Origin: Perna viridis
Taxonomy: Eukaryota
Assembly: GCA_037379345.1 (NCBI GenBank)
Contig: CM074511.1
Span: 2,542,001 to 2,606,000, forward strand
Reading direction: 5' to 3'
DNA length: 64,000 bases
In this document: in pieces, positions 38,901-53,900 of the stretch
Layout: each line of letters starts with the position of its first letter
How positions within the stretch are numbered: the first letter of the stretch is position 1
The notes under the pieces: generated by a model
Seen by the model: the letters and a program-made list of their open reading frames with translations, nothing else
The model's database searches: none
What the model was told of the DNA's origin: nothing
Made by a program: the position numbers and the translations under genes

Positions 38901-41900
38901 GATGAAATGATTTAGGCCTGAAAAAGTCTCTATTTGGTTGAAGCTGTAAGTCAGCTCCTTATTAGAGTTATTGCCCTTGATAAATGTAAAATGACAATTT
39001 GATGGTTTTAGATCATATATTAGATTAATTACAAATTGAAACAGACTCTCAATAGGATGTTTAGTCCTTTTAACCAGCATATAAAAGTATTGTTTGACAA
39101 CTCCTTATAAAGTTAATGGCCTTGAAAACCATGAATAACATTGTATGCATATAAGAGGCTCTAGATAAAGGAATAAGGATCTGTAAAGGCTCAAGCTTTG
39201 CTTACATTTTAATTAAGATTTTTATGCAACAACATTTAGTTCAATATGTGAATATGTCCTACGGGAATTTATGGTCATTAAATGGTTTTCACAGAGAAAA
39301 TTTATCATCAAGACATGCTTTGTTAACAATAATATAGTTATTATATACACAGTAAATTGATATGTAAACCAATGTAATACATTTGTACTTTCTTTTTAGC
39401 CTGTAACAACAATAACCTATCAGTTTTATGACTTCGCTCAGGAGGAGCCTCCTATTACTGATTTTGATATAAGTCCTTGTTTCTCTGGAGCAGATACTTT
39501 AAGTTTTAAACTGACTTTCTATGGTATGTATGGCTTTACAGTCTAAGACTTTAAATAATATAGTTGAGATACGTGCATGAGTTTTAATGATTTGTTTTAG
39601 ATGATGTAAAACTAAGAAGATGTAGAAACACTCAAACAAGGGTGAACAACAGATGAAGAAAAAACTGAATTAGTCATAAAAGATTTACTTTTTAGCTCAC
39701 CTGGCTGAGGGCCAAGTGAGCTATTGCCATCCCTTGGTGTCTGTCGTCGTCCGTCAAACAATTTTTCAAATTTCTTCTCCTCTGAAACTACTTGACCAAT
39801 TGAAACCAAACTTGGTATGAATGTTCCTTGGGGTATCTTGCATAGAAGTGGTGTGGAGATTTTTTGATCCGTTGAAAAACATGGTTGTCGTTACTAAAAA
39901 TAGAACATAGGGGTCAGACGGTAGTTTTTTGCATATATCTCCAAAACCGTTAGGTTTAGCCAAATTCTTTCAGTAGCTGAAATGATCCTTATTTTTAGGA
40001 CTACAAAAGTCTTCAGACATAAAATTTGTCAGATGCTTTCTTATAAGTGTTATTGCCCTTGACAGGGGAAAATGACAGTTTTTTTTTTGTTTTTTTTTAC
40101 AGTTTTCAGCCAATGTCTTGAAAACTGTGATAGATTTAGACTCTCATTTACTGAAATGATTCTTATGATAAGTCCTATCAAAGTTTTCTTGAGTCAAAAT
40201 ATTGTTGGACAACTCTTGTTTAATTTATTGCCCTTGAAAGGCAAAATTCAACCAGGTGAGCGATTCAGGCTCCTGGGAGACTCTTGTTTTTTTGTTTGTG
40301 TCTGTCACATACAACTTATCTGTAGATCTCATCATGATTGTCATCTTGATGGAAAACCGTGTGCTATAAAAACATTATATTACTAAGTAAAGGAAGCAAT
40401 GGCTATCAGTGTTGTATTCTCCTGTATTTCTGGTACATTTGACCCCAGTGTAAGGCTTTACAATATTCTGTTATATTTCAGGTACATTTGACCCCAGTGT
40501 AAGGCTTTACAATATTCTGTTATATTTCAGGTACATTTGACCCCAGTGTAAGGCTTTACAATATTCTGTTATATTTCAGGTACATTTGATCCCAGTGTAA
40601 GGCTTTACAAGGACTTTTTCTTTTTTGGAGCATTAAATGCTGTGACCCTTGCCTCAGGAGCCTCACCGATTAGATTTACTGCCCCTAAGTTCTATTTCCA
40701 GGATGACAGAGCTTTGTTTGTGGCAACACTGGTTGATGCTGCTCCAACACTGGGTAAATGTTTTGTACTGTAAAAATTTCAGGATGCTCTATGTGTATTT
40801 TGGGGAAAATAAATCCATATATGTGTGTCAATTATTTTATTTGAACTTATAAAATGTAACTTTTGCACACAACATAGTGTATAAAATTATTCAAAAAATT
40901 GATTCATTCATTGTGTACCTAAATAGTTATTTCATGGTTTAACTCATCAAAGCATGATACTGTGAAAGTACTTTAATTTTTGGGTACCAATTTTTGTGGA
41001 TTTGGGAAAAATTATCAGTTCATTGATTCTTGAATTGGTGGATTTGAGAACTTTATCATACAAAAGAATGGAAAATTTTCTTTTCGTTTGTAACCAAATT
41101 TCATGGTTAACCAAACCCATGAAAGCCACGAAAAATAATAATTTCACAGTATTAGGTTCTTTCATGATAATTGATAAATGATAAAATTTAAATATTGTCG
41201 AAAAAATCAAACATGCTTTATTAAGAAATTGAAAATGTACATAATGTTAGTTCATGATGTATATATTCTAGATTAGTTATCTTTGGTTTAAACTGTGTAT
41301 AATATTTATTTTATCTGTTAACAGCTAAGTTTAAGCAGATACCTGGAGTAGTACAGGCTAACCACAACGATCTTACATTCAACAATATCTACTCAGCTTC
41401 AGATTGTGCCAATTACTGTTACAGTAATAAAAATTTCACTTGTCTTAGCTTTGATTTCTGTCCCTCCTCCAAAGTCTGTTCAATCAGTCGTTATGGACAA
41501 GATGATGGCAAACCTCTGACTGGAAATTCCCAGTGCAGTCATTACATTAGTATGTATAAAATACCTTTATTTTTAAGTCATACACTTTTGGTTGTTAATG
41601 TTTCATAAGTTATGATATCTTTTTTCTGTTATTATTTTGAAATATTTGACTGCTTGATATTTGGTATCTGCCATTGCAGAAATTCCCGGAGCTGTCTGCG
41701 TATGAAATCACTGTAATTGGAGAACAAAGTAAGAAACAATAAACCAATCAGAATTTGTAGACAATGCATAACATTAACCAGTCACCAATTATTTCATCCA
41801 TGGAGTGATTATATAGAGCTATTTGGAAAAATAAAACAACTAAATCATAGAATAATTAATTTTGATGTGTTAATGGTAATTTTGGACTTATTTTCAGTTG

Positions 41901-44900
41901 TTTTTTTGTTTTGTTTTTCTTTTATCATAGTTCATTTACTGATCTTTTATTTCAAAGAGTTGGAGGCTATAAGTTTGTGAATTAGAAAAAAAAATATTTG
42001 GGATGATGAATTGTTGTACAAGTAATAAAAACTAGAAAAAATTTGAGCACTACTAACTAAATTGATATCCCAGGAACCTTATGCACTTTTATGACCCCAA
42101 ATTGGTTTGAAAAAATCAAAAATAGAAGAAGTGCAATGGGAATATACAGTTATCATTTTTTGGTCATATTGAATCATTTGTGACATCTTACAACTATCAG
42201 TTACTTGTATCATTGTTTACTTTTCCACAGACATTTTATGTCAAACCAATTTTCATTGGTGCTTCGCACCCGGAGAAGCAACCAATCGGAATTAGCTGAA
42301 CGATACCTGCTAAATATGAATGAGTGATGTCAGGGGTTTGAGGGAGGGAGGGCGGACTCAAAACCATGACTTGGAAGGATGCCCATGTTAGAAAGTCCAT
42401 ATTTTGCTTATATAAGATCTAAAAAAAACATTCAATTCAAAATCTATATTGTTCTTAAAATTGTGATATTTGTGTATATTTCTGATTTTCTGATTTTTCA
42501 TGATATAGGACCAGTATTAGATCTTAATGACCCTATTCCTTTGACACTTTCAAATGACTTAACATAAATACTAAAATGGAACACCTTTTGTCTTAGTGAA
42601 CAATTTCTGCCAGATGTCCTTGAGAAGAACTCAATAGAATCACAGACTGAAGTCTTCAAAGTCACTAATCGTTAAATATTCTATGCCACTGATTTTTGCT
42701 TGCTTTCAACATCCAGACAAATTCAATGTTCTCCAATCAATCAGTCATTTTCTCATTTTCACCTTAAAGCCTGGCGTAGATATATGCATGGTCTTGGTTC
42801 AGAATTAGAAAAATCACAAATTTTATTGAAACTTGAAGATTTTAGGTTGATTTATAATATACATTCATGTTCTTTTCCATTTTACATCTTTTGACATATA
42901 GTTCATTTTCTTCATTACTAGCAAAGTAAGTGTATTCCTTCTTCGAAAATATACCTGACATTTTAGAACGTTTTAAAAGCTCATTAGAGATTGTGTTGTA
43001 ATGTTGTATATGTAGAGACTTTACTTTTAAACTTTGAAATTTTTTGGGTATATCACCATAGTTCATCAATCAGCTAAGATCAACATTGTGATATGCACTA
43101 TTTAAAATTGGGTGACTTTGTAACATTGATGACCCAAATGTTTCTCAATCAGAACAACTCAGAGACTAGGCCTTTCTCAACTATATTACAGAAAGTTTAA
43201 TGCTGACCAATCATTTTATCTTTTAACGTATACTTCCTGCTCTCATTCAAGTAAAAACCATACGTATAACACATGTACACATATGGTATTTATGAGGTAT
43301 ATAATTGATCTCGTATGAAGCTAGAATTGATGTTTCTACAGCACTGATCAGCAGTGTAGTAATATATAATGCAAACATATACAAATGTACAATACTGAAA
43401 TTACAAGTGCTAAAAGATGCTAACAATATTAGTGACTTGAAAAATACTGAAAATGACTTTATAAAAGCTATTTGAAATCTGAAATGTAATGAAAGCCATG
43501 GACCAGATGAAATTCTGAATGAATATTTTATGGAATATGAGGAAGTGCTTATGCATATTCTATATTGTCCTATGTATAAGAGATTTCTCTCCACTAGCTG
43601 GTGATACTTACTCCTATATTGTCCTATGTTTAGGAGTTTTCTCTCCACTGGCTGGTGATACTTACTCCTATATTGTCCTATGTATAAGAGTTTTCTCTCC
43701 ACTGGCTGGTGATACTTACTCCTATATTTAAGTAAGGCAACATAGGCAGTCTAAACAATTACCGAGGAGTCAGTTTAGTAAGCAGTTTTCGAAAGCTTTT
43801 TATGTCTGTTCTGAGTCAGGGTTTAATAGAGTGGTCAGAATCGTTAGATGATGTAATTGATGCAAATTACTGCTTTTGTCCTGTACATGGAGCTGTTGAT
43901 TCAAATTTTGCACTCACATCTTTGATTTTCAAATCTTTGTCCATTTGTTAAAAATGCATTTTACTTTTGTTTTATTGTTTATACAAAAGTGTTTGGCACT
44001 ATTCAAAGACTTTCCATTATGTTATTGATAAGTTATCCAGGTAAATTACTATCTGTGATTAAGTCAATGTATTCAATGTCCGGGCATGTTTGAATGTTGG
44101 TGGTTTTAACTCCGAATATTTACCAATGAAGGTGGTTTAATGCAATGTGGAATCATATGCATCGTATGTATCATATGCTGATGACTTGCTATTATTCTCA
44201 GACGCTGTCTCTGGTTTGTAAAAAAAAAAATGCTTGATACTTTTTTTATGTACATCTGGAAATGGTGTAAATACATCAAAAACCTAAATTGTAGTTTTTA
44301 AGTGCAAGTGTTTGTAAGAAACCCCACCGATCTGACAATAGAATATTACTCAAGGATGCTTTCTATATTTTAAAAGACAATTATTTGATCTTTGTATCAT
44401 TGGATTTTGTTCAGAAATTTTTCAACAGAATCTCAGAAAAACGAGGTTTTTTGAGTTATCGGCCCTTGAAATGTTCATTTTCAGTGCATTTCAATGAAAT
44501 TGTAACCCGATGGTCCAGCATGATATGGAAAATCTTGTTTGTTTTCCTTGATTCTGATGGTGCAAATTAAGTCAAATTACACTATCATAATGTTGGTTTT
44601 TTTCATACCATGTTTCATACTGTGTCACAAGTTTGATTCAATTTTATTTTAAACCAGAGACCATTAATGTAGCTAGCAAGCCAGAAGTAGACCTGCAGAC
44701 AGCCTGGATGAACTTGAAGAACAATGTGACAAAGGGAGCTGTGTCTATTACAATCAATTTCCCAAACAAGGTAAAAATTGGAACAAAGAAATGGAACTGT
44801 GTCTTACAATAAACTTCCCAAACAAAGTAAAACTCTTAAACAAAAAACAAAGAAATGAAACTATGTCTGTTACAATCTACTTTTCAAACAAGGTAAAACC

Positions 44901-47900
44901 CTGAAACATGTAGAGCTTTTTTGTGGTTTATTCATGTTTCTCCTACATTTTAGATTTTTTTCACACCTCAGAGTAAAACAACAATCACTCAACTTGATTC
45001 AAAACAGGGGATTTAGGGGCCCATTAAAGGGGTGGTTCAAGGTATTCAAACGAAAATCATTTGATATTGCTTTTTTACATTGTTTACGACAAAGTTTTAC
45101 CAAGCTGTTTTAAAGAGTACCTTCATCTTTTTTTTCACTTTTTTTTCGTTAAAAAAGTCTAATGTTCTAGTTATATTTCTTCTAAGAGGAAATTTGTAAA
45201 AAACAGAAGAAAAATATATTTAAAAAAAGAGATATATTTTGTTTCCTTCATTTATGATATTTTAAAAAATATTTCATGAACATTTTATATTGGAAAAGGT
45301 AAAGTACAGCTATATTTTAAATATCTATCCCTTTTGTGGGCCGCATAATCCCTAAACTGAATTGTATGTTGTTTTTAGTTTAATTATCAAATGTTGGAGA
45401 AACATGATCGCACCTTTTATGTTACAGTCATCTCTCCAAACAAGGTTATACTTAAAACAACACTTTACAATGAAGTAATAGGACTTACTTTTATTACGTT
45501 GATGTCTCTGGAAGACTGGTAAACAATCAAATAGCATACACATTTAAATATAAAGCTTTTTGTTTGGAGTTCAACATATCTTACAGAGAAGATATAGGAG
45601 TGAAACCCACAGACCTACATTTGGATTCTATATTTATTGTTTTATAACGGTTGAATTGTGTTATTGGCATTTTAACTTTACTCTTTGTTACAGAATCAAA
45701 TCTACACTGCATCTGATATATCAAATGCCATAGTAACTGATAATAGCAGAAATCCTTCAACAGGTAAAGTATATAAAAACTTTCTGTTCCAATGAGCTCT
45801 TTTTTCAGGTATTAAGTAAGATGATTATGCATGCTTAACATACATAGTGTGAAGGAATCTGGAATGTCAAAATATAACAAGAATAAGTATGGTGAATATG
45901 TCAAAGAGACAACAACCCCACCAGGATGAAAATGTCAGCCCAAGGCCACCCATTGGTGCTCAGTTAAAGTACTTTGGTGTGAACACAACCCATCCCTTTT
46001 AAATCTGGTCACAGTGGAAAAAATATTACACAATTAAACACACCTAAAAATCAGTTCAAAAAGGTCTGAGTCCCTTGTTAAAAAATGTTCATTAATTATT
46101 TTAATCAGTACTTCAATGGTTATAAAATAAATAAAATGCCTACCTCTTCATTGATGAGCCTTTTACTGATCAGAGGATGGAAACTTAATGATATTCACAG
46201 TCTGAAATATTTTCGTAATTTTTTTTCAGTTTCAACGTTACAACAGTTTACTGTCTTGAACAACAAGCAAGTAGCCAACTATGATGACTTGATTTTGACA
46301 GGTCTATCAGTGGATGATTGTGCCTCATCGTGTATTGCTGAAGAATATTTCCAATGTGCCTCATTTGAATATGACTACAATGCTGCCACCTGTGTTTTGT
46401 CTCACTTACATCCTGATGAAACTCCCAAACTTATTAAAAACCAGAATGGAGTTGACTTGTATATACGTAAGGAATCCATTTTACTTTAATCTCAACTGAC
46501 AAGGAATTTCCTGCCAGTTTCATGCCCCAAGTCAATTATAGGATTGTAAGTTTTGTATTCTTCCTACTGGAGTCATAGCATATATATTGGAAGAAAAAAT
46601 ACTAGTACTTTGCATGGAAGAAAACAAGTCAATATAATATTATTTTGTCTAAAATTAAACTTAAGGTGAAAGATGAAATGAATTTGTAAGTACACTTTTT
46701 AAAATGTTTTTTTCAAGCTCATTAAACAGGTATATTGATAAAATAGATATTGGATGTTAAGTACATATTTTAGACTTAAGAAAAATAAAACAATAATTAA
46801 AAGCAATTTAACATTATGGACAACTTTTTGTCATGAGTGTCATTGTGTGATAAAAACTAAAACTATGATACACGAGTGCTGCTTTGTCCAACTTTATTGT
46901 AGGGGAGGTAAATATTTCAAGTTAAGGTTGCACTAACCACTTCCTGGTCAAATGCCCAACCCCCTGTGTAGTACCAAAAATGCACTGAACTTAGAAACAT
47001 GTATTGAAAGTGCATTATTTGTTTGTATTCTGATCAAAAGTAGTCAAAATAAAGCTGAGAATGTGTACTTTAAAATCATATTTGTAATTTACTACAAACA
47101 TGAATGAATATTGTTTACATGGATGAGTAATTTGCCCCCATGCTGTCAGCAGAAAAGGTAAAAATGTGGAACTTCAGTTTTATTTATTCAAGTAAATTTT
47201 GTGCAGAATTTCTATGATCATCATACCATTAGCAAGATGATTTTGAAAGCATTAGTTTCCACGCTTCACAATGGTATGCAACTTAAAGATGTCATTTTGT
47301 TCTGGGAATTCACAGTGAAACTTTGAAAATTACTTGTTTAGCATGTAAAGTAATGGAAATGTTAGAAGTGGTTAGTGAGACCTAAGTGATATGGAAACCA
47401 TACGCTTTTAATTATTATTTCAACTTTTGTTAATTGGCAAAAATTTTCTACTTTTTACTATTATTTAAGGTCACATACTTTTATTGTTAATTTATGGCAG
47501 TTTGAGGCATTTAATTGATAGAATGTATATGAAACATGATTTTTTTCATATGACGCCTACTAAGGGTGAAAGTTGTAAGTATAAAGACACTATATATGTA
47601 TGATGTCTTACAGACCACTTCTTGTTGGGAGAACAATTTGTCATGAAGTAAAGCCCTTGGCCATGTAATTGAATAATAATTTTTCAAATGAATATAATTT
47701 GAAAGATAATTCATTTTAAGCTCACCTGGCCACAGGTCACTTGGCATCAGTCCTTGTTGTCATTGTCTTTAACATTATTTTAAAAAAATTCTTCTCAGAA
47801 ACAGTTGATATAATTGTTCTTTAGGATATCCTGCACAAAATGACTGTTTGAATTTTTGGTCAGTATAAAAACATGGTTGACGTTACTAGAAATAGAATGA

Positions 47901-50900
47901 AGGGGTCAGAGGCCAGTTTTTTGCAAATATCTTCAAAACCATCAGGTTTTGCGTAATTCTGACATAAGTAAAAGCATGATGAGATCAAAATGTGGTGTAA
48001 TTTTTGTGAAAATCTGCTGCCCATGTTGGAGTTGTTGAGCTTTGGTTTGATTCTTCCTTAGGGTAATCTTCTCATCAGAAACTACTGAACAGAATTCTTT
48101 TGAAATTGGTATAGTAGTTCTTTAGGGTATCCTGCACAAAATAAGTTCAAATTTTTTATCCGTGAAGAAACATGGCCACTTTAAGAACAAATATTACCAT
48201 ATCTGGCCAGGTGAGTGATTCAGGCTCTTGGGAGCCTGTAGTTGCACATTCAAATATGCCAGCATTGTATATTGCATTTTAGATGTTTTCACAGTTCTTT
48301 AAAATGTGGCTGGGGCTATGGTAAAAATTTAGCATTTTCACATTGTATCAAAACAAGCCATGAAAAAATGCCACATGATCCTTTGTTGTGAAAGTTGCAA
48401 ACATTAACTTGGTTGTAAAGCTTAAAAATTTATGCATAAAACTTCTTCATTTCCAGAGGGGCATAACTTAAACAAGTACTATCTTTAAACAAGATAGCCG
48501 ACGTATTTTTTCGCTTTGTTCATTCCAAATATATTTGGTGAACAATTCAAATGTGAGAACACTGTGCTATGTTTAGTAATTCAATTAGTACTTTGTTCAA
48601 CAAGTACACTATTTTCAATTATTCAATGTATAAAAGATTATTCATAATTCAATAAATAATTCGATTGAATTTTATGGTTGCTATCACTTTTGTCCAATGA
48701 ATTATTCAAAGTTATAAGCTCAATCGGTTATATTGTCATGGTAAAGCATCATGGGTATCATGTGATGTCAAAGTGAACTCAGTACCGACTGCATCGGAAA
48801 AATGTGTGTTATTTAAAATCTAAGAGAGTTTTTTACTGAATTTATCCCTACACTAAATTGGAATTATCTTCCTTTCAAATAAAAAAAGCATCAACTTTTA
48901 TAGATATTTTTCCTGCTGCTGGAAAAATGGTTACGGTATATAAAATCATTGTTGTATTTCAATAATCATAAGCAGTCTTAAACATATCAAAAATAAAAAA
49001 TTTGTGGTTTTGTGACCAATTAATTACTCATGACATGATTCTTAAAAGGATTGCTACTTCAATTTGTTTCAGGTGACTACACTTCAAAATTCACCATGAT
49101 AGCTGGTAAAACTGTGTTGTCACAGTCTGATACAATTTACCAACAGATCTACGATGACAACCAGTGTGCTAAGCTATGTGTTGACTATACTGGCTTTACT
49201 TGCAAGTCATTTGATTACTGTGAGGATATTGGAGCCTGTTTCCTAGGAAAAACCCACTTCTATGATGCACCACAAACCAACATCAAGTCAGATCTACTCT
49301 GTAATCATTATTCTAGTGAGTGAATTGTATGATAGATGCATTATTTTCTGTATTGTCAACAAGATGGTTCCAATCAAATAAAATGGTTCCAACTAAATTG
49401 GTAGTAATTGTTATTAAGATTTTGTAAGCTTCAAGTGGGTATTGTGATCCTTTAGGAATGTAGCTGGTTCATCACTGGAACTTCACTACTATTTCTGAAC
49501 ATTACACAAAATTGTAGTCCAAATGTAACTCTTCCTATATCATTCAAAACCTCTATTATATTCAGTAAACATGTTTCTCTTGCAATTATTCAGCTCAATA
49601 GTATTCTGTTATTTCTGCAAATAAAATTAAGATCTAGTCTTCAAATCAACTGAAGATTTGAATGACTCCTTTTTGGCCATGAAAGATATTTAGCAATAAA
49701 TTTGCATTTAAAGAATAAAGTTCTAGCAGTAATGTGTCAAGAAATATTAAATGTGTTGAGCATGTTCCATTTAACACATTAATCAGTAAAAATCTCTATT
49801 TTATTATTATTATTTACCAATTAATAAACAGGAAATGAATTGCAGTGATTTTAACTAAATAAATTGGCAAATTCAAATTGATAAAAAGTGTCTATTTTTT
49901 AAAAATCATTTTTGGTTTAAGGCATTTTTTTTATATATTCTCAGCAGATTATACTTAAAAATTATATCCCAGTTAAAAATTAAAAACTGTGCGTATAATT
50001 TGATTTCGGACAAATTCCAATCCCAAAATATCTGGTCTGATGAATTCCGATCCAAAAATATCTGGAATTGATTGTTAATCAAAACACTACTTTGTTTCGA
50101 GATATCAAATTAAAGATCACTGTAACAGACAGAAAATCATATCAGAATTTATTTATTCCAGGAAACTATATTGATGACTTTAAGAAGAAATCCCGTTACT
50201 ACATAGCATTACAAAACAACAGAATTATATCAGGAGTAAGTGCTACCCAATGTGCAAAATTGTGTGTTGATGAGGAAACATTCAGTTGTGCCAGCTTCAA
50301 CTACTGTGGAAATTACACAGAATGTAGACTGACAACAGCATCGCTGAAAGGAGGCCAAGTCACAGCACAAACCAATGCTTACTGTGATTTGTACACACGT
50401 AAGTGCTTCAGTCATAACACATACCAATGCTTTCTGTGATTTATACACAAGTAAGTGCTTCTTCAGTCATAACACATGTCAGTGCTTTATGTGATCTTCA
50501 CACATGTAAGTGCTTCAGTCGTAACACATGCCAATGCTTTATGTGATCTTCACACATGTAAGTGCTTCAGTCATAACACATGCCAATCCTTTATGTGATC
50601 TTCACACATGTAAGTGCTTCAGTCATAACACATGCCAATCCTTTATGTGATCTTCACACATGTAAGTGCTTCAGTCATAACACATGCCAATGCTTATTTC
50701 TCCCCATTGCAAACAAAGTTTGAGTGGTATATAGGAAAATCTTTTTGTCTGTCAGTTCACATTTATTTGTCCTTTTAAACTGCTGAGTGTTCTCCCCAGG
50801 CCCTGAAAGCGCTGCACTTTACGGCACCATCGAGTTTGAGTACTGCACCATTGACCTCAATACTCTTGCTACCAGTGCTGTGCTTTTAAGTTTAATATGA

Positions 50901-53900
50901 GGATTAAAAATGAATTACGACAGGAAACCGAGGTAATTTACAGCAGTCTACAAGGTAAGTAGCTCTTGAAACTGATTGCAGTAAACAGCAAACGTGTGCA
51001 CCGAGGTCATTTAAAGCGTCTTACAAGGAAACTGATAACAGTAAACACGCTATGGTCTGTTGATTACCATATGACAGTACAGGTGTCTAATTATGACATT
51101 GTTGACAATATTCTTATCATTCACCTTACTTGGCCACAAACTAATTTTAAGGAAGGTATCAATCAGACACAAATATCCTAAACTGAACCAATCAAATCTG
51201 ACTATGGACAACCCTGGCCAAAAGCATGTAGCTATTTATAAATGCAAAGTTGAATGTTGCACAATCACAAGATGTTTTCAACATTAAGAAACTGATTTAC
51301 CTTATAAACGAATGTATTAAATTCCCAAACAATATTTAATCCATCAGATACTTCCAAAACACTTTGAAAAGAAAAGGGAAATAGCTGTCTTTTGTTTACA
51401 TTGCCATGTTGTATCAAGAGCACATGGTTTTTTGCAGGAAACAGGTTAAGAAATAGATTGTAAAATTCCCCAAGTCGAAAAATAGTACCACAGGTGTGAT
51501 GAACAAAGTGGACTTAAGTCATGATATTGGGTTTTTGTCATGAATGAACTTCATTTTAACATAAAAATGATTAAAAAACAAAACAAAGTAAATGAGCAAC
51601 TCAGACTCCACTAAAAGCTGGGTGAATGAACCAGGTGCACTGGTAGGGTAAAGGACATCTGCTTTATTAGAATACACACCAAGTTGCTCATAAGAAGTCA
51701 AGTCCAGAGTAGACAAAAGCAGAAAGGAAAACTATGGCACATTGAACAAATCATTATAACAATCCACAAGTTTATGATGACAACCAAAACTTCTGTAGTG
51801 ATGACTTCAAATTTGTAGCAACATAACCCTGTTCCAGAAGCCTCATTATAAGAAATCTAGTGCCTTACAAAAAGTCTGCTAAGTTAAGCAAGCTCGGGCA
51901 TAATGTACGAGTTGTGATAAGAAAACCCCATATGCAAGTGCTGATGGGATGTTGTCACAGATGAAAGGAAAGTTGGCAATACGGAATGAAAAGTAATTGC
52001 ATTAGTCATTAAGTTTGGTCAGTATTTTTCCTTTACCATCGACCTCTAAGTGTAGGTCAAGATATGAGGCTGACTTCACTTTGTCTGTTGTATCCTTTAT
52101 CCTCAAGTTCTATGGGGTAGATGCGATGAATTAAATCTCAGAACTAGGATTGTTTAACCGTAATACATTAACTGAGATTAAAGGATCTAGCTAAATGATG
52201 TTTGTTCTTTTGGATCAGATCAGCTATAAAGTCAGCCTCATAAGAGTGAAAGAATAGGTCAGTAGAAGAGCACAATTTGTTCCCATTAGAATGCAGACCG
52301 TTTTTTGAAAAAACATGTCCACCAAACTGGACAAATATATTGTTGATAAAAAATTCCAGTATTTTGAAAACATCTTTGGTAGATGATTTGGAATTGTTTT
52401 TTTATAAAATATGAGGAATCTCTACCATCATAGAACTACATATTTATATATAAGTGTATTTTTGTAATAACAACAATGTATAATGTTTTTAAGTCAGGAT
52501 TTTAAAGTGGTTAACTGGCAGTAATAGACCAAGATTCATGATGTTATGACAAAGTCAGACTGTTTGCCTAAAGATGTTTTTTATGAAGATTTCATTGACA
52601 TTATTTTAAGAAAATTGGTCTGCCTATTATACCGGAATTTTTATTATATACAAGATACCCTCTTGAAAAGTTCCAACATTATTGACCTTCTTGACCCTTT
52701 TTCAAAACTTGATGAGCCAGTCTCATTTTGATGGGGGATTTAATATCAGGCCCCTCCAAAATAATGCCTGAATTTTGTATCTCTAATTTTTCAAGTCAAA
52801 TTTTGTTCTGACTACTTGTTTTATTTTTTAGGTCAAACCTTTCCTGATGGAACAGGTTATACATCAAATCCAGCCAAGTATTATAATATAAAACCTCAAA
52901 AATCAGGGTTCTCAGGTGGTAAGTTTAAATTAGATTTATCTTTAGATTTTATTGTCTAGGGTGAAGTATTGTCTGCCCTTTGAATCACTTGATCTGACCA
53001 TAAATCTAGTTTTACCCTACAAAAAGTTGTGTGTCCATCTGGCTGTCTGTCCCTCCCTGACGGTTTCCAGATAATAACTGAAAATGGATCAATAAATGTT
53101 TTGAAACTTTGCACAGTAGTAAAATTGCATAAAAAACAGGATATTTTTTTCAAGTATAGTTTATCATGAATTTTATTTGCTCAAAGACTAACAGGGATAT
53201 GGCACAAGTTTTCCCAACTTCAGTGGTCTTCTCCCCTTCAATACAATTTTTCACAACAATTTCAATATAAACACAGAAGCATGCAACAACTGAACAATAA
53301 TTTCTAATGGAATTTTACATGTACAAAACAACAACAATAATAACAATAGAAAAATTTGGACTCAACAAAAGTAGACACTCTTTTGATGAATGATATATTA
53401 ACTTATGAGGAAGCTTTTTCAGTTTTTATCTTAATACCTCATCAAAGATAGTTATACATGTATAAGTTTCAGTTGATTGACTTTCGTCACCACTATTGAG
53501 CAGATTTAATCAGGCTAAATTTTGTAAAAGAGTTTCTCAGATCTGTGAGTAATTTGGATGTTCCACGAAAAAGTGATAAGCATCTTTACTCAGTGCCCAC
53601 ATCTGCACTGTGGACTTGATATAATAATTACTTTGAAAAGATCCAATTATGGAATGAAGCTGAACATCAAAGCTGAGTTAATATGATATTAAGTTTAAAA
53701 TATGGCATTAAGTTTACAGGGACCATGTGAGTAGTAAAAAGACTATGGTCTGTATAAACTAGGTACCTGATGCAACAGTTATTTTTATATTTAGAGGAGG
53801 ATTGTAGTTTGGAAGTAGATCTATCAAGTTTATTCTATTTGTGAATGGTTGACTGGACGAATGAATCTTGGATCATTGACAGTCAACAGAATGGTACAAT

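Noticed and set aside
42560-43140. Possible decayed minus-strand coding fragment
   Set aside because: No recognisable motif and multiple stops; it cannot be assigned.
43560-43730. Antisense exon donor (GA|GTAAGT) amplified as a repeat
   Set aside because: The array lies within LINE debris and there is no supportable antisense exon.
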